From the NCBI GenBank assembly GCA_965203515.1, contig OZ241907.1:576001-640000 (forward strand): a stretch of DNA of 64,000 bases, given 5' to 3'. Positions 39,067 through 48,670 of this stretch are shown piece by piece. The first letter of the stretch is position 1. The number at the start of each line of letters is the position of its first letter. The notes under the pieces are model-generated. The model saw only the letters and a program-made list of their open reading frames with translations, searched no databases and was not told where the DNA came from. The DNA is from Spirochaetia bacterium (GTDB lineage: Bacteria > Spirochaetota > Spirochaetia > SZUA-6 > Bin103). The translations under genes and the position numbers were made by a program.

Positions 39067-39494
39067 GACAAGACTTAGACGTTCGCCTTCTTACTCGCTG
39101 GCTGGGCGCTGCGGGAGCTAAGGCGGGATTGTTGGAAAGTCGGCAATGGACGGTCGAAGCGCTTGCCGAGATGGCTCGCAATCTTGGGATCGAAGTCGCA
39201 AAGAGAGTGACCCGCCAGGAGTTGATTGACGAGATTGTCCGCGTTGCGAGCAGACGAATCGAAAAATCGATCGACGAGCTCTTCGATATGGAGCGAGACG
39301 AGATCGTTCGCTACTTCGACGAGAACGGAGTGGAGACCGAGGAGCTTCTTGATCTACTGGAGGAGCTTGACCTTCGTCCCGACCGTAAGGGACGGAAGAA
39401 CGTGATCAACTTCGCGGCCCGAGAGCTGGCCGAGACCGGACGGTTTCGGCGCATCGCCACAGCGAAGGCGGGGCCGCGTCAAGCTAGTCGCTGA
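39054..39494 (+). CDS. small helical hypothetical protein coupled to the ParA gene
   Basis: ATG overlaps the parA 3' end. 'TVEALAEMARNLGIEV..RVTRQELIDEI' resembles a Rho-N/SAP-like helical motif. Confidence 0.65.
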   Translation: MSNVRQDLDVRLLTRWLGAAGAKAGLLESRQWTVEALAEMARNLGIEVAKRVTRQELIDEIVRVASRRIEKSIDELFDMERDEIVRYFDENGVETEELLDLLEELDLRPDRKGRKNVINFAARELAETGRFRRIATAKAGPRQASR

Positions 39495-39530
39495 CGTCAT
39501 TTTACAGAATCGCGCGCAATCGGATTTGCC

Positions 39531-42500
39531 ATGACCCAACCCGCTGACGTGCGCTCCCGGCTGCGGGAGGCGCTGGGGCTCGATCTGATCGGCCCGGGGG
39601 CGGACCATGCCCTGGCGGACGAACGCCTGCCGGGATGGGTGCGGCCGTCCAACTGGTATCTCACCGGCTTTCTGGTGCCGCGCGGCGCGCCGGCCGAGCA
39701 ACGAGCGGACGACGACGCGGAAGACGATTTCGAGCCGGAAGTCGCGGACGAAGCAGGGCTCGGCGACGACTCCACCGAAGACCGCCGGGCGGCCAAGAAG
39801 GGCTTCTTCCCGTCGTCGATCGGCTTGAGCTTTCTGGTCGCCGAGGACGTCGGCGAGCTGGACGTGACGGTCCGCTGGGGCGATTACCGGCTCGTCGAGG
39901 ACGAGGCCCGGAGCGGCGAAGACGAGGCTGCCGCGGCCGGGAACGGCGATTCACCGAACGGCGAGCCGTCCGGCGCCGCGGCGAGCGCCGGCGACGAAGC
40001 GGCCGCCGCGGCGGGCCGGGACGGCGCATCGAAGTGCTGGCAACGCACGCCGCGCGAAGTAGCCGTCCGGGTGGCGCTGCCGGCGGCCGGCCGCAAGCGG
40101 CACGCGGTGCCGGGCTCGCGCGGACTGATCCTGCACGCGGTCGCCCGGCCCGTGAACGCCGCCCGCTTCGCGGCCCGGATTCCGCCGGGGACGCGCTCGG
40201 TGTCGCTGTTTCTGGTGAACGAACGGCCCCCGGCGGCCGATCGCGGCGACGAAGCGTTCGCCTTTCAGGCTGCGCTGGAGGTACGCGGCGCAGCTCCGTT
40301 CGTCCCCCGGCCCGACCCGCGCGGCGGCTCCGGCGACGATCGAGACGCGCGCGTGGCCGACCTCCATTACGCCGGCACGCCGGAGTACGCCGCCGGCCAC
40401 GGCGTCGCCGCCGACTGGGAGCTGACCGGCGGCGCCTGCCGCCTGCTGCGCACCGCCTGGATTCCGGCGGCCGAAGTCGAGAAGACCGAGACGGTCGAGG
40501 TGCCGGGGGTGGAGCTCGCCATGTCCGCCCTCGGCGACCTGCCCGACGGGACCGCCGCCGAACAGGCGTTGACCCCGTTGGTCACCGGCTACCGCGCCTG
40601 GATCGACGATCGGGAGGCCGCGCTGACCGGCCTTACCGGGGAGCGCCGCGACACCGCCGAGGATCTGCTGTTCCTCGCGCGCGCGGCCGCCGACCGCATC
40701 GAGCGGGGCATTCGCGCGCTCGCCGGGGATGCGGACGCGCTCGACGCCTTCCGCGTGGCCAACCGCGCCGTGGACAAGGCGCTCGCGCGGCGCCTGTCCC
40801 GCGAAGGGGTCGCCGGGCTGCCCCGCTGGCGCGCCTTCCAGCTCGCCTTTCTGCTGCTGAACGTCCCCGGCCTGGCGGACCCGGCCAGCCCCGAACGGGA
40901 GTTCGTGGACCTGCTGTTCTTCCCGACCGGCGGCGGCAAGACCGAGGCGTATCTCGGGCTCGCCGCGTTCGCCATGGTGCTGCGGCGGCTGCGCAATCCG
41001 CAGGACGGCGGCCGGGCGGGGGCCGGCGTCAGCGTCATCATGCGCTACACCTTGCGGCTGCTGACGCTCGACCAGCTCGGTCGCGCGGCCGGCCTGGTGT
41101 GCGCGCTGGAACTGGAACGGCGCGCGGACCCCGGCCGGTACGGCGAGTGGCCGTTCGAGATCGGCCTGTGGGTCGGCAAGGCGGGCACGCCGAACCGGCT
41201 CGGCCAAAAGGGAGACGGACGCTCGGACTCGGCGCGCAGCAAGGTCAGCCAGTACAAGAGCAACCCGCAGGGCAAACCGGCTCCCATCCCGCTGGAGAGC
41301 TGCCCGTGGTGCGGGGAGCCGTTCACGCCGGATTCCTTCACGCTGCTGCCGGACTCCGACCGTCCCACCGAACTGCGCATCGTCTGCGTCGACTGGGAGT
41401 GCGACTTCGCGGGCGACGCGCCGCTGCCGATCGTCGCCGTGGACGAGCCGCTGTACCGGCGCCTGCCGGCCTTTCTGATCGCCACCGTGGACAAGTTCGC
41501 CTCGCTGCCGTGGGTGGGCGAGTCCGGCGCGCTCCTCGGCGGCGCGGACCGCCATGACGGCGCCGGGTTCTACGGCGCCGCCGAACCCCGCCGCGGGCGT
41601 CCGCTGAGCGGTCCGCTGCTGCCGCCGGACCTCGTCATCCAGGACGAGCTGCACCTGATCTCCGGTCCGCTCGGCACCATGGCCGGCCTCTACGAGGCGG
41701 CGTTCGAGGCGCTGTGCGCGCGCCCGATCGACGGCCGCCCGGTGAAGCCGAAGATCGTCGCCTCGACCGCCACCGTCCGCCACGCCGACCAGCAGATTCA
41801 GGGGCTCTTCGGCCGGCAGACCACGCACGTCTTCCCGCCGCCGGGACCGGAGCGCGGCGACTCCTTCTTCGCCCGCACCATGCCCGCCGCGCAACGAAAC
41901 GCGCGCGAGTACGCCGGCATCGCCGCCCAGGGCCGCAACCCGAAGGAGGCGATGCGCCGGGTCCTGCTGGCGCTGATGGGCGCGGCCGAGCGCGCGTGGC
42001 GCGAAGCCGGCGGCCCCCGCAACCGGGACAATCCGGCCGATCCCTACATGACCGTGCTCGGCTACTTCAACAGCCTGCGCGAGCTGGGCGGCGCCCGGCG
42101 CATCCTGGAAGAAGAGGTGCAGAACACGCTCAAGCGCTACGGCGACCGCCGGCGGCTCGGCGAAGCGCCGGGACAGGGGCTGTTCCGCGACCGCACCAGC
42201 TTCTCCGACGTGGTGGAGCTCACCTCGCGGGTGAGCACCGACCGCGTGGCCGAGGCGCGGCGGCGGCTGCAGACGACCTTTCACGACCGCAGGCAGCGGG
42301 TCGACTGCGCGATCGCGACCAACATGATCTCGGTCGGCCTCGACATCCAGCGGCTCGGGCTGATGCTGGTCTACGGGCAGCCCAAGACCAACTCGGAGTA
42401 CATCCAGGCCACCAGCCGGGTGGGCCGGGACGATCGTCGCCCCGGATTGGTGGTGACGCTCTACAACGTCCACCGCCCGCGCGACCGGTCGCATTACGAG

Positions 42501-43028
42501 CGCTTCCGGCACTATCACGAGACCTTCTACCGTTCGGTCGAGGTCGCCAGCGTGACGCCCTTCGCCGCCCGCGCCCTGGACCGCGGCTTTGCCGGCGCGC
42601 TGGTGGCGCTCGCCCGCCACGCCCGCCCGTCGATGACGCCGCCGGCCGGGGTCGAAGCAATCGAGTCCGAACGCGCGGCGCTCGAACGACTGCTGCTCGA
42701 GGTCTTTCACGCCCGCATCGACGAGCAGCCGATGCAGGACGATGCCGAACGCGCCGAACGGCGGCGCAGCATCCGCAACCGCGTCGGCGAACTGCTCGAC
42801 TCCTGGCTCACGATCCTCGGCGATTACCGCAGCGGCGGCGTCCCGATGCAGTATCAGAAATACGAGGAGCCGCGCAGAAGGCCGCTCCTGCGCGAGATGC
42901 TGGACACCGACTTCGAGTCCGACCACCACCGGAAGTTCCGCGCCAACCGCTCGTTGCGCGACGTAGAACCGCAGGTGAACCTGTTCCTGCAGGACCTGTC
43001 CAGCCGGCTCACCGACGAAATAACATGA
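39531..43028 (+). CDS. drmA: DISARM SF2 helicase DrmA
   Basis: 'LDLIGP', 'PSNWYLTGFL', 'W.AFQLAF', 'LLFFPTGGGKTEAY', 'MRYTLRLLT.DQ', 'IQDELHLISGPLG', 'ATNMISVGLD', 'EYIQATSRVGR', 'RDRSHYE'. Confidence 0.92.
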   Translation: MTQPADVRSRLREALGLDLIGPGADHALADERLPGWVRPSNWYLTGFLVPRGAPAEQRADDDAEDDFEPEVADEAGLGDDSTEDRRAAKKGFFPSSIGLSFLVAEDVGELDVTVRWGDYRLVEDEARSGEDEAAAAGNGDSPNGEPSGAAASAGDEAAAAAGRDGASKCWQRTPREVAVRVALPAAGRKRHAVPGSRGLILHAVARPVNAARFAARIPPGTRSVSLFLVNERPPAADRGDEAFAFQAALEVRGAAPFVPRPDPRGGSGDDRDARVADLHYAGTPEYAAGHGVAADWELTGGACRLLRTAWIPAAEVEKTETVEVPGVELAMSALGDLPDGTAAEQALTPLVTGYRAWIDDREAALTGLTGERRDTAEDLLFLARAAADRIERGIRALAGDADALDAFRVANRAVDKALARRLSREGVAGLPRWRAFQLAFLLLNVPGLADPASPEREFVDLLFFPTGGGKTEAYLGLAAFAMVLRRLRNPQDGGRAGAGVSVIMRYTLRLLTLDQLGRAAGLVCALELERRADPGRYGEWPFEIGLWVGKAGTPNRLGQKGDGRSDSARSKVSQYKSNPQGKPAPIPLESCPWCGEPFTPDSFTLLPDSDRPTELRIVCVDWECDFAGDAPLPIVAVDEPLYRRLPAFLIATVDKFASLPWVGESGALLGGADRHDGAGFYGAAEPRRGRPLSGPLLPPDLVIQDELHLISGPLGTMAGLYEAAFEALCARPIDGRPVKPKIVASTATVRHADQQIQGLFGRQTTHVFPPPGPERGDSFFARTMPAAQRNAREYAGIAAQGRNPKEAMRRVLLALMGAAERAWREAGGPRNRDNPADPYMTVLGYFNSLRELGGARRILEEEVQNTLKRYGDRRRLGEAPGQGLFRDRTSFSDVVELTSRVSTDRVAEARRRLQTTFHDRRQRVDCAIATNMISVGLDIQRLGLMLVYGQPKTNSEYIQATSRVGRDDRRPGLVVTLYNVHRPRDRSHYERFRHYHETFYRSVEVASVTPFAARALDRGFAGALVALARHARPSMTPPAGVEAIESERAALERLLLEVFHARIDEQPMQDDAERAERRRSIRNRVGELLDSWLTILGDYRSGGVPMQYQKYEEPRRRPLLREMLDTDFESDHHRKFRANRSLRDVEPQVNLFLQDLSSRLTDEIT

Positions 43029-43044
43029 CCAGGAGGTTGAGCCA

Positions 43045-44169
43045 ATGAAGCTATTGTGCCTCAAGGCGAAGAACTATCGCAGTCTGCGCGACGTGAGCAT
43101 CGATCTGGAGGACTTCAACGTGTTCATCGGCGCCAACGCTTCGGGCAAGAGCACCATACTCGACGCGCTTCGCTTCCTTAACGACGGAGTGCATGCGCGT
43201 GACTTCGAAGGAGCGGTGTTTTCGAGAGGCGGCATCCTCAATCTTGCCTGGAAGGGGGAGCAAGCACATCAGATCGACCTGGCGGTGACCCTGCAGGAAG
43301 ATGGAGAGCGAATCGAATGGTCGGTCCAGATCACCAGGCAAGGTTTTCAGTTCCACGTAGCGGAGCGCGTTGAGCGGTTCCCGCCACAGTCCCCGCCGTC
43401 CGTATTGTTGGAGGCCGATCGCGGCGACGGTTGGTGGTGGTCTGGCAGCACCAATGAACGAGTCGAGCTGAAGCAGTCGTCGACCGCTTGCGCGCTGGCG
43501 GCAGCTTCTGCGGATGCGAACTTTCCCGCTCGTGATATTGCGAATTTCGTCCGCCGATGGGGATTCTTCGATCCGAATCCGTTCCTGCTCCGACGTGACT
43601 GGAGCGGCTTGGAGTCGAGCCGGTTCGATCATTACGGACGCAACTTGGCCGAGACACTCTATGCCCTGGCTCCCGACGTCAGAGAGCGGATCCGGTCGGC
43701 GACTCATGATATCGTCGGTCTTCCGACAGAGATAGATACCCGCGAGACCGAAGATCGCTTCTACTTCGTGCAAAAGGAGGAGGACCTGGAGTTCTCCGTA
43801 CATCAAATGGGCGTATCCAGCGGCACGTTGCGTATGCTGGCGCTGATGACGGCGCTTCACGGAGAACCGGGAGCCAACCTGCTGGGCATCGAGGAGCCGG
43901 AGAACTACGTCCATCCGAGCGCATTGTCCGCCTTCGTCGACTATCTGCGTGATACGCGTGAGCGAGTGCAGTTCATGGTGACCACCCACTCGCCGTTGCT
44001 GCTCGACCTGTTGGACGATCCTGCAGTTGTGTGCGTCGTTCAACGCCAGGGCGGGCAAGGTACGGCGGTGAGCCGGCAGAGCAACGCCGACGGCATACGC
44101 AGGGCGCTCGATGAATCGGGATTCAGCCTCGGCGAGTACTACCAAACGAAGGGGTTCGGGGAGACCTGA
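43045..44169 (+). CDS. ABC-type ATPase (AAA_21)
   Basis: 'KNYRSL', Walker A GANASGKS, 'VSSGTLR', 'GIEEPENYVHP', 'TTHSP', C-terminal 'SLGEYY'. Confidence 0.88.
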   Translation: MKLLCLKAKNYRSLRDVSIDLEDFNVFIGANASGKSTILDALRFLNDGVHARDFEGAVFSRGGILNLAWKGEQAHQIDLAVTLQEDGERIEWSVQITRQGFQFHVAERVERFPPQSPPSVLLEADRGDGWWWSGSTNERVELKQSSTACALAAASADANFPARDIANFVRRWGFFDPNPFLLRRDWSGLESSRFDHYGRNLAETLYALAPDVRERIRSATHDIVGLPTEIDTRETEDRFYFVQKEEDLEFSVHQMGVSSGTLRMLALMTALHGEPGANLLGIEEPENYVHPSALSAFVDYLRDTRERVQFMVTTHSPLLLDLLDDPAVVCVVQRQGGQGTAVSRQSNADGIRRALDESGFSLGEYYQTKGFGET

Positions 44170-44170
44170 C

Positions 44171-44764
44171 ATGGCTCGTAACGTCGTAGTTATCGCCTCA
44201 GGGATGACCGAAAGTCGTTCGCTGCCGCATCTTGTATCACATCTTCGAATGCAGGGCACGACGGTCGACGACGTGCGCATTCCACCGAACCACAAAGCTC
44301 TCAAGCCGATGATGTCCACAAGGATTATCAGGTCGGTCTGGGAAGAAAACATCGATTCTCAGCCTCAGAAGATCGTCCTCTTGGTCGATGTAGACGGGAA
44401 GGTTCCTGGGAACGTCGTTGAGGAACACCGGAGTGAACATACCAAGCGATTACCCGATGAAATCAGGTCGAGGTTGCAGTACGCCTATGCGCAGTGGCAC
44501 CTCGAAGCATGGTATTTTGCCGATACCGAGAACCTCCAAGCATACCTTCAACGGGACCTGGGCAACGTCGATGCTTCGAAGCCGGACGAGATCCAGAATC
44601 CCAAGCTCCATCTGAAGCATTTACTACCGCGAACCTACACCGCCCGTGTCTCCGAGGAGATCGCCCGCACGCTGAACCCGCGGACGATCGCGGGCCGGAG
44701 TCCCAGTTTCAAGGGCTTTGTGGACGCGGTGTTGAACGGCACCGCTCGCGGGAGCGGCTCGTGA
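44171..44764 (+). CDS. DUF4276-like (TOPRIM-like) protein
   Basis: 'VIASG.TE', 'LLVDVD', 'HLEAWYFAD', 'PDEIQNPK', 'SPSFKGF'. Stop overlaps the drmB start. Confidence 0.75.
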   Translation: MARNVVVIASGMTESRSLPHLVSHLRMQGTTVDDVRIPPNHKALKPMMSTRIIRSVWEENIDSQPQKIVLLVDVDGKVPGNVVEEHRSEHTKRLPDEIRSRLQYAYAQWHLEAWYFADTENLQAYLQRDLGNVDASKPDEIQNPKLHLKHLLPRTYTARVSEEIARTLNPRTIAGRSPSFKGFVDAVLNGTARGSGS

Positions 44765-46554
44765 ACGGGAGGGCGGACGGGCAGGTGCGCCGCAGCCAGG
44801 TGATCACGACGTTCGGGCCGGGAGCGCTGATCGATTTGCCGGACGACTCGGCGATCGTGGGCGGGCTCGACACCTGGGGCAGCGAATCCATCCTGGAACC
44901 GATCGAGGAGCCGCGCCTCGCGGCCAAGCTGGCGGACATGACCGGCGTGGCCGCGCCGCGGCTGTATGCGCCGCCGCCGGAGCCGGACCATCCGCAGGAC
45001 CGCCAGCGTGGCATCGGCGGGTGGCGGTTTCCCGAGTGGTTCATCGTCCAGGAGAACCCCCGTGACGGAGCGCCGACCAGCTCGCGCTCGCGGCGCATGG
45101 TGCACCGCACCGCGCTCGACCGGGGCAGGTTCGACCGGCGGCCGGTGGTGGCGACCCGGTTCGTGCGGGCGTGCGCCCGCGGTCATGTCGACGACATCGA
45201 CTGGCATCGCTTCGTCCACGGTCCGGACGACCCGTGCCGCCGGCAGCTCTGGCTCGACGAACGCGGCACCAGCGGCGATCTGGCCGAACAGATCGTGCGC
45301 TGCGAGTGCGGCAAGGCGCGGCGTATGCACGCAGCAATGGACGTGGCGATCCGGCCCCTCGGCGCCTGCAGCGGCGCCCGGCCCTGGCTGGGCCGCCACG
45401 CCAACGAGCGGTGCGACCAGCCGAGCCGGCTGCTGATCCGCACCGCGTCGAACGCCTGGTTTCCGCAGGTGCTGAGCGTGCTCTCGCTGCCCGACCGCGG
45501 CACCGAAGTCGAGCGAGCGGTCGAAGAGCTCTGGCAACACCTGCAGATCGTCGCCGACGCGGCGCAACTCGGCTTCGTGAAGCGATACCCCGGCGTGGCG
45601 GACCACCTGGCGGCGTTCTCGGACGACGAAGTGCTCGCCGCGATCGACGCCCGGCGTTCCGGCGGCGCGGGCGGCGATCGCCCTATCAAGCACGTCGAGC
45701 TCGATGCGCTCCTTGCCGCCCCCGAGGGGTTCGGCGACGACGTGCCGGTCGATCAGGACTTCCATGCCCGGCGCCTGCCGGAGTCGGTGTGGCTCCGGCC
45801 GCATTGCGCCGGGATCGAGGCGGTCATCCAGGTGCACCGGCTCCGGGAAGTGCTGGCGCTGGCCGGATTCACCCGCCTGGAACCGGTGATGCCCAAGGTG
45901 GACGGGGAGTACGAATCCGAGGTCGAACGGGCCGACATCGCCCTGGAACCGCAGTGGTTCCCGGCGGTGGAGAATCGCGGGGAAGGCATCTTCATCCAGC
46001 TCCAGGCCGGCGCGGTGACCGACTGGCTCGGCCGGCGGCCGGTGCGGGAACGGTTGGACCAACTGCTCGCCGGACACGCTGCCTGGGCGCGTGGGCGCAC
46101 CAGCGAGCGGCTCTTTCCCGGCGGCCCGTACGTGCTGCTGCACACGCTCGCCCACCTGCTCCTCCAGTCCCTTTCCATGCACTGCGGTTATCCCGCCGCC
46201 TCGATCCAGGAACGGATCTACGCGGACGACGCCGGCGAGCGCTACGCCCTGCTGCTGTATACCGCCAGCCCCGACGCCGAGGGCACGCTGGGCGGTCTGG
46301 TGCAGGAGGCGCGCCGCGTCGTCTACCATCTGGAATCCGCGTTGGAGTCGGCGGCGCTCTGCTCCAACGATCCGGTGTGCGCCGAGCACCTGCCGGGACA
46401 GAGCATGGAGGAACGCTGGCTGCACGGAGCGGCGTGCCACGGCTGCGCGCTGATCGCGGAGACCTCGTGCGAGATGCGCAACGAATACCTGGACCGCGCG
46501 CTGGTGGCGCCGGCGCTGGGCGCCGCCGGGGCCGCGTTCTTCGGCGCCGCGTGA
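44761..46554 (+). CDS. drmB: DISARM DrmB (DUF1998 domain)
   Basis: 'VRRSQVITTFGPGALIDL', 'RFPEWF', 'C.RGH.DD', 'LREV.AL.GFTR', 'GEGIF', 'LLHTLAH', 'EGTLGGL', 'CSNDPVC...GAACHGC..IAETSCE..N..LDR'. Confidence 0.92.
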   Translation: MNGRADGQVRRSQVITTFGPGALIDLPDDSAIVGGLDTWGSESILEPIEEPRLAAKLADMTGVAAPRLYAPPPEPDHPQDRQRGIGGWRFPEWFIVQENPRDGAPTSSRSRRMVHRTALDRGRFDRRPVVATRFVRACARGHVDDIDWHRFVHGPDDPCRRQLWLDERGTSGDLAEQIVRCECGKARRMHAAMDVAIRPLGACSGARPWLGRHANERCDQPSRLLIRTASNAWFPQVLSVLSLPDRGTEVERAVEELWQHLQIVADAAQLGFVKRYPGVADHLAAFSDDEVLAAIDARRSGGAGGDRPIKHVELDALLAAPEGFGDDVPVDQDFHARRLPESVWLRPHCAGIEAVIQVHRLREVLALAGFTRLEPVMPKVDGEYESEVERADIALEPQWFPAVENRGEGIFIQLQAGAVTDWLGRRPVRERLDQLLAGHAAWARGRTSERLFPGGPYVLLHTLAHLLLQSLSMHCGYPAASIQERIYADDAGERYALLLYTASPDAEGTLGGLVQEARRVVYHLESALESAALCSNDPVCAEHLPGQSMEERWLHGAACHGCALIAETSCEMRNEYLDRALVAPALGAAGAAFFGAA

Positions 46555-47329
46555 TCGACGCGCTGGTTGCCCTGCCGGCGCACACGCGCAGCCGGCTGGC
46601 GCTGGCGCTCGACTCCGGCCTGCTCGCTCCGCCCTACTCGGCGGTCGCCGTCCGCGCCGCAGTCGGCCGCGGCCACCAGGACGCCATCCTGCAGGTGCTC
46701 CGGGAGTGGGAGCGCCGCGGCGTCACGCCGGCGGCGGGCGCCCTCTGGCTGCGCAGCCTGGCGCGCGCCGCCGGCCAGGCGCCGGCGCCTGACTTCGTCT
46801 GGACCGGCCCGGCCGTCGCCGGCCTGCACGCGCGCGACACGCGCCGGGTGTACGACGAGCTGATCGGCTCCGCGCGCCGTTCGATCTGGGTATGCAGCTA
46901 CGCCTTCTTCGACGGGCCGCGCGCGTTCGCGACCCTGGCGCGGCGCCTGGACGCCAACCCGCGGCTCGACGTGACGCTGCTGCTCAACATCGAACGCCGG
47001 CGCGGCGACACGACCGCCGCGACAGCCTGGTGCGCCGCTTCGCGGACCGGTTCTGGGGCGTGTCGTGGCCGGGCGAGGCGCGCCCGCAGGTCTACTACGA
47101 TCCGCGTTCGGTGGCCGACGACGGTCCCGCCGGCGTGCTCCACGCCAAGGCGGTGGTGGCCGACGGCGAGGCGGTGTTCGTCACCTCCGCGAACCTCACC
47201 GAGGCGGCGTTCGACCGCAACGTCGAGCTGGGACTCCTGATCCGGGACCGCACGCTGGCAGAGACCGCGGTGCTGCACTTCCGCACGCTGATCGAGCAGG
47301 GCCTGCTGCGGCTGCTGCCGTCCCCGTAG
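46551..47329 (+). CDS. drmC: DISARM DrmC phospholipase D nuclease; -1 frameshift near 47020
   Basis: GTGA coupling to drmB, 'VWTGP', 'SYAF', HKD motif 'LHAKAVVAD', 'TSANLT..A..RN.E.G'. The span is 779 nt (3n-1), with one base missing in ACCGCCGCGACAGC. Confidence 0.88.
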
Positions 47330-47390
47330 CTGGAAGCTCCCGTAGCCTGGAAGCTGCCGTAGCGGGAACGCTGCCGTAGCGGGAACGCTG
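47324..47390. repeat. four 16-17 bp tandem repeats at the island/MFS junction
   Basis: CCGTAGCTGGAAGCTC, CCGTAGCCTGGAAGCTG, CCGTAGCGGGAACGCTG x2, immediately followed by TGcTATGCT (extended -10-like). Confidence 0.85.
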
Positions 47391-47407
47391 CTATGCTCGC
47401 CGCCGTG

Positions 47408-48628
47408 ATGAAACGTCCCGCCCTGGTCATCCTGCTCGGCGCCGTCACGGTGGCCGTCGCCATGGGAGCCCGCCAGTCGTTCGGGCTGTTCCTGCAGCCG
47501 GTCTCGGCCACCCTGTCCACGGGGCGCGAGACGTTCAGCCTCTCGATGGCGGTCCAGAACATCCTGTTCGGGCTGCCGCTGGCCGGCATGATCGCCGACC
47601 GTATCGGGCCGCGCTGGGTGGTGGCGGTCGGCGCCGTCGTCTACGCCCTGGGGTTCGCGCTGCTGTCGCTGGCCGCCTCGGCCGCCACCCTCTACCTGGG
47701 ACTGGGCGTGATGGTCGGCCTGGCGCTCAGCGCGACCTCGTACGTGGTGATTCTGGGCGCCGTGGCGCAGGTCGTTCCGGCGGAGCGGCGGGGAACCGCC
47801 TTCGGCATCATCACCGCGGCGGGATCGTTCGGGACCTTCGCCGTGGTGCCGGCCATGCAGTGGCTGATCGGCGCCGTGCAGTGGCAGACGACCCTGCTGT
47901 ACGCCGCCCTGGCGGTCGGAGCGATCGCGTTGCTGGCGGTCGGCTTCCCGGTCCGATCCTCGCCATCGGCCGACTCAGGCGCGCCGTCCAACGTCGAGGA
48001 CCAGATGAGCTTGGGGACCGTGATGCGCCGGGCGGGCACGCACTCGGGCTACCTGTTGCTGAACGCCGGCTTCTTCGTGTGCGGATTTCACGTCGCCTTC
48101 ATCGCCACCCACCTGCCGTCCTTTCTGGTCGACCAGGGCGTGGCGCAGATGATCGGCGCCGCGGCGCTGTCGCTGATCGGGCTGTTCAACATGCTCGGCT
48201 CGTTCCTGTTCGGCCGTCTGGGCGACCGCTTCCGCAAGAAGCAGCTGCTGAGCCTGCTGTACCTCTCGCGGGCGGCGGCGATCGCCTGCTTCCTGATCGT
48301 CCCGGTCACGAGTGCGACGGCGCTGGTGTTCGCCGCGATCATCGGCTTTCTATGGCTGGCGACGGTACCGCTGACCAGCGGCACCGTGGCGCAGATCTTC
48401 GGCACGCGCCATCTTTCGTCCCTGTACGGGATCGTCTTCCTGTCCCATCAGGTCGGCAGCTTCCTGGGCGTCTGGCTCGGCGGGCGCATCTACGACGCAA
48501 CCGGCTCCTACGTCCCGGTCTGGATCGGCGCGATCGTCCTGGGGGTCGCCGCCGCGATCGTGCACCTGCCGATAAAGGATCAGGCCCTGCCGAGCGAGGG
48601 CCGGCTGGAGCCGGCGCCATCGACGTAA
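47408..48628 (+). CDS. MFS transporter
   Basis: About 12 hydrophobic segments, 'G.IADRIGPR', 'GFFVCGFH..FI.THLP', 'FLSHQVGSF'. Confidence 0.92.
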   Translation: MKRPALVILLGAVTVAVAMGARQSFGLFLQPVSATLSTGRETFSLSMAVQNILFGLPLAGMIADRIGPRWVVAVGAVVYALGFALLSLAASAATLYLGLGVMVGLALSATSYVVILGAVAQVVPAERRGTAFGIITAAGSFGTFAVVPAMQWLIGAVQWQTTLLYAALAVGAIALLAVGFPVRSSPSADSGAPSNVEDQMSLGTVMRRAGTHSGYLLLNAGFFVCGFHVAFIATHLPSFLVDQGVAQMIGAAALSLIGLFNMLGSFLFGRLGDRFRKKQLLSLLYLSRAAAIACFLIVPVTSATALVFAAIIGFLWLATVPLTSGTVAQIFGTRHLSSLYGIVFLSHQVGSFLGVWLGGRIYDATGSYVPVWIGAIVLGVAAAIVHLPIKDQALPSEGRLEPAPST

Positions 48629-48670
48629 TCCCGATGACCGTATAGGATGCCGATGCCGGGAGGGGACCAG

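Noticed and set aside
39951..43064. 1037-aa antisense ORF opposite drmA, and similar long ORFs such as 19041..21785, 59787..62987 and 10240..12936
   Set aside because: Shadow frames typical of high-GC coding DNA. They have no motifs and fully overlap well-supported genes.
14416..47329. Island as an integrative element or prophage
   Set aside because: No integrase, tRNA, terminal att repeats, conjugation or phage structural genes were seen at its borders.
47324..47390. Possible CRISPR mini-array
   Set aside because: Units are 16-17 bp and contiguous with no spacers, and no cas genes are in the window.
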